A stretch of 64,000 nt of DNA from Camelus ferus (Eukaryota). Shown here one piece after another: positions 40,231 to 51,370 of this stretch (positions are counted from its first letter, which is position 1; each line of letters begins with the position of its first letter). The translations under genes and the position numbers were made by a program. The notes below the pieces were generated by a model. That model saw only the letters and a list, made by a program, of their open reading frames with translations. It was not told the DNA's origin and searched no databases. The stretch covers positions 121,522,001 through 121,586,000 of the forward strand of contig NC_045696.1 in the NCBI RefSeq assembly GCF_009834535.1, read 5' to 3'.

Positions 40231-40450
40231 AAGGAACGAGGAGGAAAGGAAGGAAAGATGAGAGGAAATGATTAATGGGAAGAAAGTGAGGAGGGGAAAG
40301 AAAACAAGGGAAGGCTGGAGGGAGAAAGGGATGAAAGGAGGAGAAGAACACAAGAAAGGAGGGAAAGAAAAGTGGAAAGAAAGATGGAAGACGGGGGTAG
40401 AAGGAAGGAGGAGGGAGGGTGAAAAAGGGGAAAGAAAGGGACGGAAGACA
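40231..40450. repeat. GA-rich polypurine low-complexity tract
   Basis: About 220 bp composed overwhelmingly of G and A on the plus strand. Confidence 0.9.
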
Positions 40451-43400
40451 AGTCTGACTTACCCTTGGGCTTCTGGGTCCTCCATGTCAACACCTGCTCC
40501 CTTGCTATTTCCAAAGTCTCTCTGGGGACCTCACAGAGCCCCCAGCACCTGGTTCCAGGCTAGTCGATGCACCTGCACAAAGATGCGCGTGGACCACTCC
40601 GGCGCTGAGGCTTCACTGGTCAGCACCCACCAGCTCCCGCGAGCACAGTGCCTCCAGTCTTGGGCAGCTGGCCCTGGAGACGCTGTGTCTCATGGCCCAA
40701 GGCTCGAGCTCTGGAGGATGGTCTGGGCAAAAGCTGGGAACAACTGGCCCTCCACCAGGGATGCCACGGGAGGCCTCCTCTTATGTGTGCCAGGGCATCA
40801 CATGACATGCTCAGCCCACCGGCCTCCTGGGCAGCTCACCGGGGAATCAGGGCTCCTGGCTGCATGGGCAGGGGCAGGGAGAGCCTCTGAGGACACCCAA
40901 GGGCATGCAGCCCTGTCTCCCTCACTGCCAGCTCCCTGAGGTGCTGCCGTTGCCCCTCCCACGTCCCCCTCCTCCCTGCACCCACGAGGACCCAGACCCT
41001 CAAATCAGAGGGAGCCCCAGACTGCACAGCCTAAGTCTTGGCAAAAGCACAGCTCTTTGTGGGACAAAATATCTCCTACTGCTCCCTTTCCTCAATCAAA
41101 TGTGCTATAATGTGATGCATGCGAGTGTATGTATTATTGGTAAGAAATTTGCTGTGGAGAACACATCCTTGGAAGAGACAACAGTTTCTGACGGGAAAAG
41201 GAGGAGGTCTCTGCCTCAGAGAGGTTCGTAAAGCCCTGAAATCGGACACAGACTTCTGTGTACAAACAGGGGTGCTCACTGCTCAGGTGAGAGAATCCAT
41301 AGCTTTCAGGAGATTCTCCAAACAACAGTAAAACCAGCACCCTATACAAGGCACGCTGTCAGGGACTTATCAACCAGGAAAAGAGTGCTCAGTGAGCCTG
41401 CCAAAGACAACTAAATTTCATTTTAAAATGCATGTCCTAGAATTAACTGATTTCAAGAAGATGAGAACTAAATTTTAAAATATGAGCTTTCTTCCTCCTC
41501 CACGCCTCATCCCAGAGGTGAATTGGTCTTTGGGCCTGTCTGTCTGTCTGTCCACCAGGCCTGCAGCCCAGATCTGCTGATGGTATCGGGGAGGCCAGTG
41601 AAATGAGACACGTCCCCAAGCGCGTGCCCACTGTCATCCCTGCTCTAAAGTAAACCAATTCCAAGTGAGCAAGCCTTGGAAATCCTCTGCCTTCTGCCCA
41701 CCCAACTGCAAGCTACAGAATGAAAAGAGGAGGTTACAGGTCTAATATACCTCATCACTGTCTTGGAACATTTAAAGTATCACAGGAAGAATAACCAGGG
41801 AGAGATACGAAATAAGTAACCCCTCACACAGCACTGCTGGGACACGGAAGAGTGATTCGATTGCTACAGACTAAAATGAAGCCTGGAAAAATCAGGACGA
41901 TGCACTTGAGCAAGCACTGAAACACAATATAATGGGAAAATCTGCTTTATCACGTTATTTTTAAAAAGCTGTTAGCAGACTCTGCAGCTGTTAATCACTG
42001 CGCATATACATCAGGGCTGTCGCCTCTCGAATCATGTTTTATCTTGAAAAGGTTGTCCTTTATTACCTTTCCTTTTGCACGTTCCTAAGGAGTTGTGGAA
42101 TAAGAAAATGAGAAAAGCTCTGAGGTTCTCAACACCAGGATCAACATTTACAAATAAAGCAAACAAGAGAATGTGTTCGGTTTTTAAATTGTGTCCACTT
42201 CTGTGAAGCCAATTATTAGCAACTTTCTTCCCAGGCTGTAGAAATGGTGCCACCTCTCACAGAAAGGAACCCCCCCCCCCCGCAAAACTTTGCCTCAATT
42301 GCACATGAAACCTTCTAAGCCCTCGAGAGTGAGTCACAGGAATACTCAGATAGCTCTTGTTTTAGACAAAGGACTTAAATAAATACTTGATTCAAAGTAA
42401 CAGGCATGGTATTGCACTAGTCTGTAACACAATACCTATGAAAAATAAATCTGATGAATAAAGGTAAACATAACCTTCAACGGGACATAGGAAGATAAAA
42501 ATATATAGGAAGAAGGAAGGTTTACGATCAGATGCATACGATTTTGTCCACTTACTTTAAAAAACAGAACGATAGAGGCAACCATCATAAAACTCGCAGT
42601 CCAGGAAAATGTGCTTTAATGCTCTCACTTAACATAACGATGTACTTTACTGAACTACAACGTTAGCCACACCTCAGCAGATCAGAAAGCAGTCCCTCTG
42701 CTTCTATTCCGGAGACTAAGGCTTTCAGAAGTTCTAAGAATTAGGAGCTCTCAGAAACTAAAAGCCTAGAAAAGGGCAAATTCTGCTCCTCTGCCAGGAC
42801 CGGGAAGTCTGCCCATGAAACACACCTTCCAGCCGTGGAACTTAAAGGTATGAGGGTCCAAACGTGGCACAAGCTGCCTGTGCCTGTCGCCCCATCCTGG
42901 GCCTGCCCTTCCCACCCTTCTGTTCCCAGAGCAGAGAAGGGGGTCTGGGTCCCGCACCAGAAAGCCAAGAGCTAGCGGGCAGGCCTCCTGGGCCTCAGCC
43001 CCAGGCTGCTCACACCCTGCCTGCTACAGAGAGTAAGTTGAGGCTGGGGTTCCTGAGAGGACAGCCCGGGTGCAGCCTGGGATGCAGACGCAGAGGCTGA
43101 GGCCCTGCTTACTTCTCCACAGACGCAGCACATCACCCTCCTGAATGAACAAATTAATAAATGGTAACCCCACGGCCAAATCTGTGCAGCTGAGCAGATG
43201 GGAACCCAGGCTATCTCCTCAGGAAAGGGGACAGTGGGAACTCCAGGTCCCAAAGGGAGGCACTGCCCAAGCTTTGAGCACGAGCCTTCCTTCCCGATGA
43301 CACACCTCACATGTCTCCTAGAGAGAGGGCAGTAAGACCGAGGAGGTCACCATCACCTCTCCTTCCCTCCATCCCCACCACGTCATCCATTTCTTGTACT

Positions 43401-44044
43401 GCAATTTTGGAAACCAGCAGAAGTGCTGTTTCCACCCATGGTTTTGGGAGCTTAGGCACATCTGGCCTAAGATCACAACAAATAATAAGCTTGTTCAAGC
43501 CCAGCTCCATAAATCAATTCAAGGCAGGCATGAAGCCTGATTTCGACGCTCTCAACTGGTAAACCCCATGTCTCTCTCCATGTAAGACACTCGACAACAT
43601 GGTGCCAGTGGACAGTCATTCCTTTAGACCCTGCCTAGTAGCTCCAGCCTGTGCCAAGTGAGTAAGACTGATAGGGACTCAGAGGCAGTGGCTGTCACTT
43701 CAGCAGACTGGGATGCAAGGCCCCAAACTCCACCTTCCCTCTCTAATATTATGTAGGACAGTCGTGCAAGGAGAATCCTCAGGGTCACAGATGCTTTGAT
43801 TTTATAAAAGGGGGAATGATATCCAGACCCTAAATCACTAATCTGGAAATACAGTCACTCATCCTACAAGCATCTACTGTGTACAGACCCTCACAAGGAC
43901 AGCAGAAAAATTCTATCACTTAAAGTCTCTGGCCCAGAGTCCATATTTCAGAATAATATCTCTTTGGATTTTTTTGAAGTCTATGTATGTTTCCTATCTC
44001 AAGATGGCCAAATGGAAATATGCCCCCAAGTGCAACTTTCTGCC

Positions 44045-44247
44045 AAAAAGTTGGCAAACTTTTTCCATAAAGACCTTGACAGCAGGCTTTGTGGGTCATA
44101 CAATCTGTGTCACAATGACTCAGCTCTGCCACTGTCACAGGAAAACAGCAGAGGCAACAACAGGTGTGACTGGGCTCCAATAAAGCTTCATTTACAAAAA
44201 GTCTGCGCATTTGATTTGGCCCGTGGGCTGTATTTTGCTGACTTCTG
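44045..44247. mobile_element. MER58A (hAT-Charlie)
   Basis: gttggcaaacttttt...aggctttgtgggtcata...actcagctctgcc...ccaataaagctt...gatttggcccgtgggctgta...tgctgacttctg. Confidence 0.85.
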
Positions 44248-45934
44248 CTTTGGGGGCGTCTCAATTTCACAATGACTTTTTTGACTTGCCGATATCAAGT
44301 CTGCCTTAGTCAGGTCTCATTTCACCTCAAACCTCCCTTAGATTCATGGATGCTACAACATGCATATAAAGGAAAAATCTCAGAACAGTACGCTTAGAGA
44401 GTGAACTTATAAACAGCTATTTTAACTACTCATAAAACACAGGGAAGGAACAGAAATCACAAACAGAACTGCCCCTGCCCATCCAAGCAAAGAGGGAGAG
44501 TTTCCACCTACATAACCAAGAATCACACCTCCCTAACTGAATACTCTCTTCTCCCCGCCTTAAGGGAGCTGCTGTCCCGACCATGTCAGACAAATTGCCA
44601 TTGTTCCATCCCCAGTGGAAACTAAAGTCTCATCTGGGCTAAAGCTAACTGTTGGCAAGGCAGATACAGGGCAGACACGAAGTCAGTGAGCAGGTCTGGT
44701 CTTCCCCGAGCCCCAGCCATAGGCAGGGTGGGCGAGTGAGGAGCCGGGGCCCAGCTACCTTCTTATGTTTCTCAAAAGGGCCCCAGCCGTGTACGAAACC
44801 AACCGGGCTCCTCTCTGAGAGCTGCTCGCATGAGCCCAGGAACTAAAATACTGAGGATTCTGGGCAAGAAGCTGACAGCATACAAACAGCACAAGAAACA
44901 TGGCTACAGGGATTACCAGGAGATGGCCCCTCAGGGGACGGATCGCAGACTCCAATGGTGAGAAGGAGAATCAAATTGAGGGTGTAATTACTTATGCCTT
45001 AGACCTTCCTGCAAGCGTTCTTCCCAGAAAAACACTTCCTCTAAAAAGTTACAGTTACCTTGCAAATGTGATCTGTGCCCAGAAATGCCTTGTGGAGGGC
45101 TCCATGCTGCCTCAGGGCAACCAGCAGAGACGCTTCACGTCAATCTTCAGCTGCTAAGGAAGATGACAAACAATCACCTAGCATCACTTTTTTCTTTTTT
45201 TTTCAGTTTGTTTTTGCTACTGGATGTGCCTGTGTGACACATCCAGTTTTGAAGGTCTCTCCATGAGCCACTGATCCAGATGTTTGGTGTCAAAAAGCCC
45301 ACATGGTCAGATGGCTGGCAGACTCCCTCTTTCCCACTCCTCATCCGAGGGCTGCTGCATCTGAACAACCACGCTGACTTTGCTGCGGCACCTCCCCAAG
45401 TTCACTGGTTTCTCTAAAAATAAGAGGAGATCCGGGTTCACCAACCATCGGTTGAGACACACACTGAGTTATGTCAGCACTGATATGGTAACTTGACTCA
45501 GTAAAACTTAACGAGGCCATAAAGCGTCCAGAGTCGGCCAAGACACCCGCCGTCCGAACCACCACGAATCATTACACACCACAGGAAAGCACCTACCAGG
45601 ATGTTTCTGCCCACTACAACATGACTGGGAAGATGGAAAGGAGCCGTGTCCCAGCCGTGGGCCCACGATTAAACACAAGTCAGCTGCCAGCATTCCATAA
45701 AGGCCACCAGACGTGAGTGCAACCATCCATCAATCTGTCTTCCTGCAACAAGGCGGTGGGAAGGATCCCCCAGGGCCTCGGAGAGCCCTGAAGACAACAC
45801 ATGGCACAAAGTTGTATCAACTTCGTCTCCTTAAATGCTCTCGGCTGCAATAGAGACCCTTAGATGGCTAATAAAGCCACCACCTCTTTGCTTGCTCTGT
45901 GACTAGCCATTTAATGGTTGCTTTTCCTCATCAT

Positions 45935-45935
45935 A

Positions 45936-45988
<53 letters not shown>
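45935..45988. repeat. (CA)n microsatellite
   Basis: About 50 bp of nearly pure CA repeat. Confidence 0.95.
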
Positions 45989-46195
45989 TTTTAAAAGGCA
46001 ATTCCAGTGCAGGTCAGCCTTGTCTTTAGGAAGACATCATCACTAGAAATATAGACCGAGGCTTAAAAGAGGCCGTCATGTTTTAAAAAAAAAAAGGTTT
46101 AGAAGTTTTTCACCTTTGATGACTACAGAAGACATTAAAACAAGTCAGGGCTCAGAATCTAAGAAAGATGGCACTATTTGCAGCCTGGTTTGGTG

Positions 46196-46820
46196 CAGTG
46201 GTTCTCAAAATGTGAACCACTTTGTTTTAATTTCAAATACAGTAAATTCTTTTTAAATTGAAGTATCATCAGTTTACAATGTTGTATCAATTTCTGGTGT
46301 ACAGCATCATGTTTCAGTCATGCACACACATACATATATTTCTTTTCATATTCTTCATTATAGGTTATTACAAGATACTGAATATAGTTCCCTGTGCTAT
46401 ACAGAGAAAATTTGTTGTTTATCTAATTTCGATATACTAGTTCATATTTGCAAATCTCAAACTCTTAATTTATCCCTTCCAACCCCCTTCCCCATCTGGT
46501 GACCATAAGTTTGTTTTCTATGTCTATGAGTCTGTATCTGTTTTGTAAATAAGTTCATTTGTGTCTTCTTCTCCTCCTTCTTCTTCTTTTTTTTTTTTTT
46601 TTTAAGATTCTACGTATGAGTGATATCATATGGCATTTTTCTTTCTCTTTCTGGTTTACTTCACTTGGAATGATGATCTCTAGGTCCATCCATGTTGCTG
46701 CAAATGGCATTAATATGGTCAATGTTGATAGATTTAACCCAAACAAAAAAATCTTTTGGGTCTTTAGTAATTTTTGAGAGTGTAAAGGGGCCCTGAGACC
46801 AAAAGGTCTGACAACCTCTG
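46196..46820. mobile_element. hAT-Charlie DNA transposon remnant (Charlie1-like ends) interrupted by L1
   Basis: Terminal inverted repeats cagtggttctcaaa / tctgacaacctctg, plus the characteristic end aatttttgagagtgtaaaggggccctgagaccaaaa. Confidence 0.7.
46248..46711 (-). mobile_element. Young L1 3' end including the ORF2 C-terminal stub, nested in a hAT element
   Basis: Minus-strand ORF 46555-46746 contains MPFAATWMDLEIIIPSEVNQKEKEKCHMISL, matching the L1 ORF2 C-terminus. 3' UTR motifs as in the other copies. Confidence 0.92.
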
Positions 46821-47269
46821 GTTAGGAAGGACATACATTTTGGAGTAAAATGGCTTTTAAGTCTGTTCTGTCTCCTCTGTCTCCCACTAGCTGTGTAACT
46901 TAAGCCAAGCTACTTAGCCTCTCTGGTCTTCCACTGTCTGTGGACCAGATTAACCACCCTTACAATTACCTGCTCAAGCATGTTTCCCTGATTGTGTCTG
47001 TGGCATTCGCTCCAGCCCCAGGGCCTAGCACAGTGCACTGCATGACACGTGATAAGGCCTCAATAAGTAACGATGACTTGACTGGCAGAGGCTGTGAGGA
47101 TTAAACAGGGCACTGCGTGTGAAGTGCCTGGTGAGGTACCTGGCACATGGCAGATGCCACAGGTGCTTGGTAAATGTCAGGTCCCTATCTTCACCATTAG
47201 CGCTGTTCTCAGTTGTACCACACAGGAGAGAAAATGCATGGTTTGTCTAAATACAGTGAATGTTCAAGG

Positions 47270-47461
47270 CAGTGGTACTCAAAGTGTGGTTCCCAGAGCA
47301 ACAGCAGCAGCGTCACCCAGGAGACTGTCAGAGACACAAATTATTTTACTCAAACACTAGATCCACCAAATCAGAAACCCTAGCAGTAGGGGTCCACCAA
47401 TGCGTGTTGCCGCAAGCCCCCCGGGAGATTTCTGATTCATGCCCTAGCGTGTGAACCATGG
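47270..47461. mobile_element. MER5A
   Basis: cagtggtactcaaagtgtggttccc...cagcagcagcgtcaccc...aatcagaaacc...caagcccccc...ttctgat. Confidence 0.8.
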
Positions 47462-49159
47462 CTTCACGACGCGCATGGGGTCTCCCTGAGGAAAAGCGCA
47501 CTTTGAGCTAGGGCATTTGAGACTTCGACAGCAGAGAGTACCCAGCATGTTGTCTATCACTGTTAGAATCTCTTTTGGACCAAGACAGGATGTACAGAAA
47601 GTCAAATACCACAAAATTGTCTATTGCAGGGTGGGGAGATGGATGTTGTTTATCTGGGGGTCAGTGCTAAACATACCTCTGCATGTGAAATAAATGTGGA
47701 ATCAGCAGGAACAGAGGAAGTTTTTTCTTAGAGAAACCCCAGCATAATCCTTGAGTCATCTTTGCGGCTGGGCATAAAATTTGTGGGTGGGAATGGAGGC
47801 GTGGGGAGGGAGAAGGATGGTAAATGATTGTGTCGGTAGCTCTGAAAGCACACATTTCATCACAGGTTTCTAGCATAGCTTCATAAACACACTCCTGGCT
47901 TCCACAACTCCCTTCCAACACGGCAAACGACGACCATTAGGGTAATTACTCCTGAGCGCTCACCTTTGAGGGGTGTCGCCAGCCAACAGCAGTGACGACC
48001 TGAGTCATTTCCCCATCCCTGGAACATGAGGGGCACTGGAGGGGTACCGGATCTCCTGAGGCTCACAGCGACCCCATGACCCCACAGCGGACGCACTGCC
48101 GCTATTCTCATTTTACATCTGTGGAGACGGAGCTGCGAGAGGTTAGGCAGAGCCAGAATTCAAACCCAGGAATGCCTGACTCAAAACGTGTGCTTTTTGC
48201 TAGTAATTCTTCCTACCCATACAAAACGCAGAGCCCGGCCTTCCAAATACAACAGACCTCATTTTAGATGAGGGCCAGGATTCAAAGTTAGTGCTTAAAG
48301 GAGAACTCACCACGGTCAAAATAATCCTCGAAAAAAAATCCCATCAACTGTTCGCCAAGCACAGCACATATTGTATTGGATATGCAGCACTGGACGGTAA
48401 TAAATCTGTACAACGTCACACGTTAACTGAGATTATATAACATAGAGCAAACAATGAAAATGTAATAAGAGTATTTTTAACAAGTGAGCTAGGGCACAGT
48501 GTTGATTGTGAGCAAGTTAAGTACACGCTGTCGTCACCCACAAACCTGGCCTGCACGCAGGATGTAAGCTGCGGAATGGGCCTGTGTGCCAGGTGACAGG
48601 GAGCACTCCACGTCCCAGAGGGTCCTCGCTTCTCTGGAGTGACACAAGCAGTGCGCTACAGCTGTTATGGCGAAGCCTGAAAAACACCAGGGGAGTGGGT
48701 CCACCCGTGCTTGCCGATGTCACACGCAGGGGCTGGAGCAGGGCAGGCCAGGAGCCGGGGGAGGAGGAGGAGCTGAGCCCTCCTGAGAAAAGCAGGCTCA
48801 GCAGGACAGGTGAGAAACAGAGATCACAGAAAACACAGGTTTGGAAAAAACGCCCTGGGCTTGAAACTGGGTGGGGATTGGGGGGGAACCCTAGATTCGG
48901 GTTCCTCTTCCTTCCCAGGTGCAGGTACTTTGGCATTTCCCCAATTATTTATAAAATGGGACTAATCATATCTAACCCACAGAATGTGTATTTGTAGTGA
49001 TTTTATGTGTTTATATGTCTATAGTGGAATGACATTTTCTGCAAGATAAATGTATATTATCTGAAATAAATTAAAACCCCTTTTTAAAAAGTACTCTTCC
49101 CCCTTTTAAATCTTCTCTGGGAAGAAAAGAGAGCAGGAGGAGAGAATGAGAGAAACCAA

Positions 49160-49335
49160 CACTTACTGCAGATCCTCTGCTACCTTACATATGTTGTTTT
49201 ATCCCCATTTTCACAAATGAGGAAATAAGGCTCAGAGAGGTTAACCAATTTTCCCAAAGCCAAACAGCTCCTGAGTGGCAGAACCAGGATCTGAACCAAG
49301 TCTGTTTATTGTCAGAGATTAAGCTCTTAACACAA
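49160..49335 (-). mobile_element. MIR SINE
   Basis: tatccccattttcacaaatgaggaaataaggctcagagaggttaac...cccaaagc...agtggcagaaccaggatctgaacc. Confidence 0.85.
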
Positions 49336-50599
49336 CAAAGCTCAACATATATTCACCTTTATCCAATCACGCTGCAACCTAGTGGTTTCTTGGCACGTAC
49401 CTGAATAAGAGTGAGAAAGAAACGGCATTGTTCAGACAGTCAGTCATAATTTTTCGAGCTGCTGCTGGATGACTGTCCCCGTTTGGGGTTCAGCAGCGAA
49501 CAAGACAGGAAGTCAGGCCTGCTCTCATGAAGCACGCAGTAGGAGGAGAGATGGGTGTAGTGTGGGGTCAGGACAAGACCACCAACCAGCTTGGCCTGTT
49601 TCGTCATCCGGAAAATGGGAAGGGGTGTTCCTAATTTTAAGGGACTATCCAGCCCTCACATCCTCCAATTCCATAAGAAGCATCTGTTTTCCCTTCTCTT
49701 CAAAATTCAGTCAGGCCTTGAGTTGTGATCCATGTTGTCAACGGCTCCCCAAATCACCTATTTCCACCTTGATTTCCACCTATTTACTGATCAGGCCTCC
49801 AACATGATTCATGATCAATCAAGTTTCAGAACCTAAGGGGCCCCCCTACAACAGAATTCCAACCCCTACTTCTCAGGAGCTCTGCAGTCCACCTGGCCAG
49901 GTAAGATGTTCTCACACCCGCGGTGCCCAACCTCGATTTCACATCAACGCAATCTCAGGCACCAGCCTCTGTGATTTTCCATCTTGTCACTGGAATCTTT
50001 TTCTCTAAGTTACTTGTTGAAACTACTGTACAAAATATAACAAAGACATCAAACCAGGCATCCTGTACCCCTAGTGCCTGCTGGTAAACTAAATGCTTTT
50101 TTTGTCACTTTAATGATAATAAGGCTTTTCTTTTAACCTCACCGCTTCCCCTTATTATTCTTCATTTTTTGTTGATATTTGTATTGAATACATCTTTCCA
50201 TATTTTAAACACAGAATCCTTATTTAGGTTGTTCCAGACCTAGCCGTTAGTGGTAAGGGTTCTGTTGTCGTATTTCTATTATGTTTCCTTTGAAAATCAT
50301 TGTCCTGTTTCAATGGATTAAGTCAATCACATGGGCATTTATCTTACGATATTGATGGAATCAGTATACAGAGGGCAGTGTAAGCTGACTGGACTTCAGA
50401 ACCTCTATTAACAGGTAAGCATCTCTGTAAACCCAAGTGCACACTCAGTGAGGTACCCTCTCTTTCCCTCCCTCAGAACAACCCTGCACAGGCCCTGATT
50501 CCTTGAAATGCAGGGAGATGAAAGGACACTTGAGTGTAAAGGACCTGAGGGGCCATTTTCCAGGTTCTCCAAGACAAAGCCTGACTCCTACTCTTACCC

Positions 50600-51370
50600 A
50601 CAAGGTCTGTGCGACCCTCACCTTCACTCCTTCCCACGTGCCCGCCCTCCCTGCAGCCCGCAGCTTCAGAAGCGGGAACCAAGCCTTCATCCCCCGCGCC
50701 TAACAGCCATGGGCAGAAGGCCAGTGATCTAGACGGCTGGTCAGATGGAAGAAGGAGACCCTGCTGCTGAGGGACGGCTGCGGGGACGGGAGGGGAGGAA
50801 GTGCGGGGAGCTCTCCACAGGCCCGAGCACTGCCTGCCAGCTAAGATGCCCACACACCGACACATCCCACAGTCCCCGCGCTACCTGCCCCATCCTCCAG
50901 ATGCCAACGCTCATGCCGGCGGGGTAACTCACTCACAGGCCTCTGGCCTGGAACCTGTGGGCCCAAGACTCAGACCGAGTATCCCCGGGGCCAGGGGTCC
51001 GCCTCCCAAGAGAGGAAGGGAAGCGGACCGCACACAGCCTGCAGGCGCAACCCTGGGAGCCCCTCCCCGACCAGGCACTGGAAGAGCCCCATCGCGTGCT
51101 GAAGGCAAGCATGCTGCCCTGTCTCTGAAGCCAGGCGATTTGGGCTGGAGAGTCACAGGCGCCCTCTTTGGGGTTCGGACAAGCCCACCTCCTAGCCTGG
51201 GGGTCTGCCCGGGCCGCAGGTGGCCTCCGCCGGTGCTCCGGCGCCCTCTAGCGACCGTCCGCTCTAATGCCGACTCTCCGGCCCTTCCTCCGGCCGCCCA
51301 GTCCCTCAGGCTGCGCTCGCCTAGGACACTCGCCAGCCTGACCTGCTCCTCCTCTCCCCCAAGCGCAATG
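50600..51370. promoter_or_regulatory. Secondary CpG-rich element (CTCF site or alternative promoter)
   Basis: Local CpG enrichment. gcgccctctagcga at 51241-51254 reads TCGCTAGAGGGCGC on the minus strand (strong CTCF match). Overlapping minus-strand donors GTGAGTGAGT at 50927-50936. Confidence 0.6.

Noticed and set aside
40268..40939. 223-aa plus-strand ORF with a K/E/G/R-rich N-terminus
   Set aside because: The N-terminus is simply the translation of the GA-rich low-complexity tract; the rest resembles no protein I know.
46555..46746. ORF with reverse-transcriptase-element similarity
   Set aside because: It is only the C-terminal stub of L1 ORF2 in a 5'-truncated copy, not a functional CDS.
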